Positions 63,417-64,000 of a stretch of DNA of 64,000 nucleotides are shown here, piece by piece. Location of the stretch: NCBI GenBank assembly GCA_040386535.1, contig JAZKFH010000042.1:1-64000 (forward strand), written 5' to 3'. Numbering within the stretch: the first letter of the stretch is position 1; every line of letters starts with the position of its first letter. Under the pieces are notes generated by a model. The model saw nothing but the letters and a program-made list of their open reading frames with translations. It was not told the DNA's origin and made no database searches. Position numbers and translations under genes: made by a program. The stretch is from Myxococcota bacterium. Lineage in GTDB: Bacteria; Myxococcota_A; UBA796; SXON01.

Positions 63417-64000
63417 ATGCTCTTCCTCTTCCTGGCCGCCTGCTCCGAGAACGAGTTCATCGCGAAGGACGGGAACGCCCCCGACGACTCCGCGGGCGGC
63501 GGGCCCGACATCGTCGTCACGCCCGACCCGATCGACTTCGGGGTGGTCGCGTGGAACGGCGAGGGCGTCGCCACCGTCGTCATCGCCAACGTGGGGGACA
63601 CCGCGCTCCACCTCGAGCGGGTCGCGATCGCGGACGACACGCCCGCCCTGACCCTGACCGCGCTCTCCAGCCTCGCCGTGCGGCCGGGCCACGAGATCGA
63701 GGTCGTGCTCACCTGGACCCCCGACGCCGCGGGCCCGATGAGCAACCGCCTCCTCGTCGCCTCGGATGACCCCGACGAGGCCGAGGTCGCCGTCCCGATC
63801 GGCGGGATCGTCCCCTACGGCGAGATCCTCGTCGAGCCCGCCACCCACGACTTCGGCACGCTCGAGGTCGGCGCCGCGGCCACCACCACGGTGACCGTGT
63901 CCAACGTGGGCGAGGGGCTGCTCACCATCGACGACTGGTCGTACGTCGCGACCGACGCCGACATGACCGTGGTCGACGCGGGAGACCTCACGAGCCTGCC
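63417..64000 (+). CDS. Partial lipoprotein with choice-of-anchor D / ASH-type Ig domains
   Basis: MLFLFLAACSE; P..IDFG....NVGD..L and HDFG...SNVG repeats; runs off the window end; absent from the ORF track. Confidence 0.8.
   Translation, partial: MLFLFLAACSENEFIAKDGNAPDDSAGGGPDIVVTPDPIDFGVVAWNGEGVATVVIANVGDTALHLERVAIADDTPALTLTALSSLAVRPGHEIEVVLTWTPDAAGPMSNRLLVASDDPDEAEVAVPIGGIVPYGEILVEPATHDFGTLEVGAAATTTVTVSNVGEGLLTIDDWSYVATDADMTVVDAGDLTSL

Overview
GC-rich bacterial window. Its gene content (MYXO-CTERM-like tails, an AgmX/GltG-like protein, TraB-like OmpA proteins, many DxDGDG/'putative metal-binding' and FG-GAP lipoproteins) points to a Myxococcota genome; this is an inference. Housekeeping genes include an HrpB-like helicase, tRNA-Pro(TGG), a MarR + ClC-CBS pair, copA, acs, pckG and trmK. 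These are interspersed with many secreted or lipoprotein genes. The most notable locus is 13.4-22.0 kb: two paralogous secreted glycine-zipper precursors, an ECF sigma factor, a single-pass anti-sigma, a lipoprotein-signal TPR-CHAT (caspase-like) protease and a secreted subtilase, with a divergent SdpR/SdpI-like cassette. The identical bipartite motif TGTCAGA-N16-CGAACACC lies upstream of both the glycine-zipper pair and the subtilase. This suggests an undescribed protease-gated ECF regulon for a processed pore-forming or bacteriocin-like product. Other points: a class I terpene cyclase, an unannotated two-paralog secreted family, a duplicated OmpA/TSP3 operon with an internal sorting-signal/lipoprotein fusion, very short signal peptides, and a 620-bp purine/pyrimidine inverted repeat array. 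Many ORF-track starts were trimmed to more plausible start codons. All family assignments come from motif recognition by eye, not from database searches.
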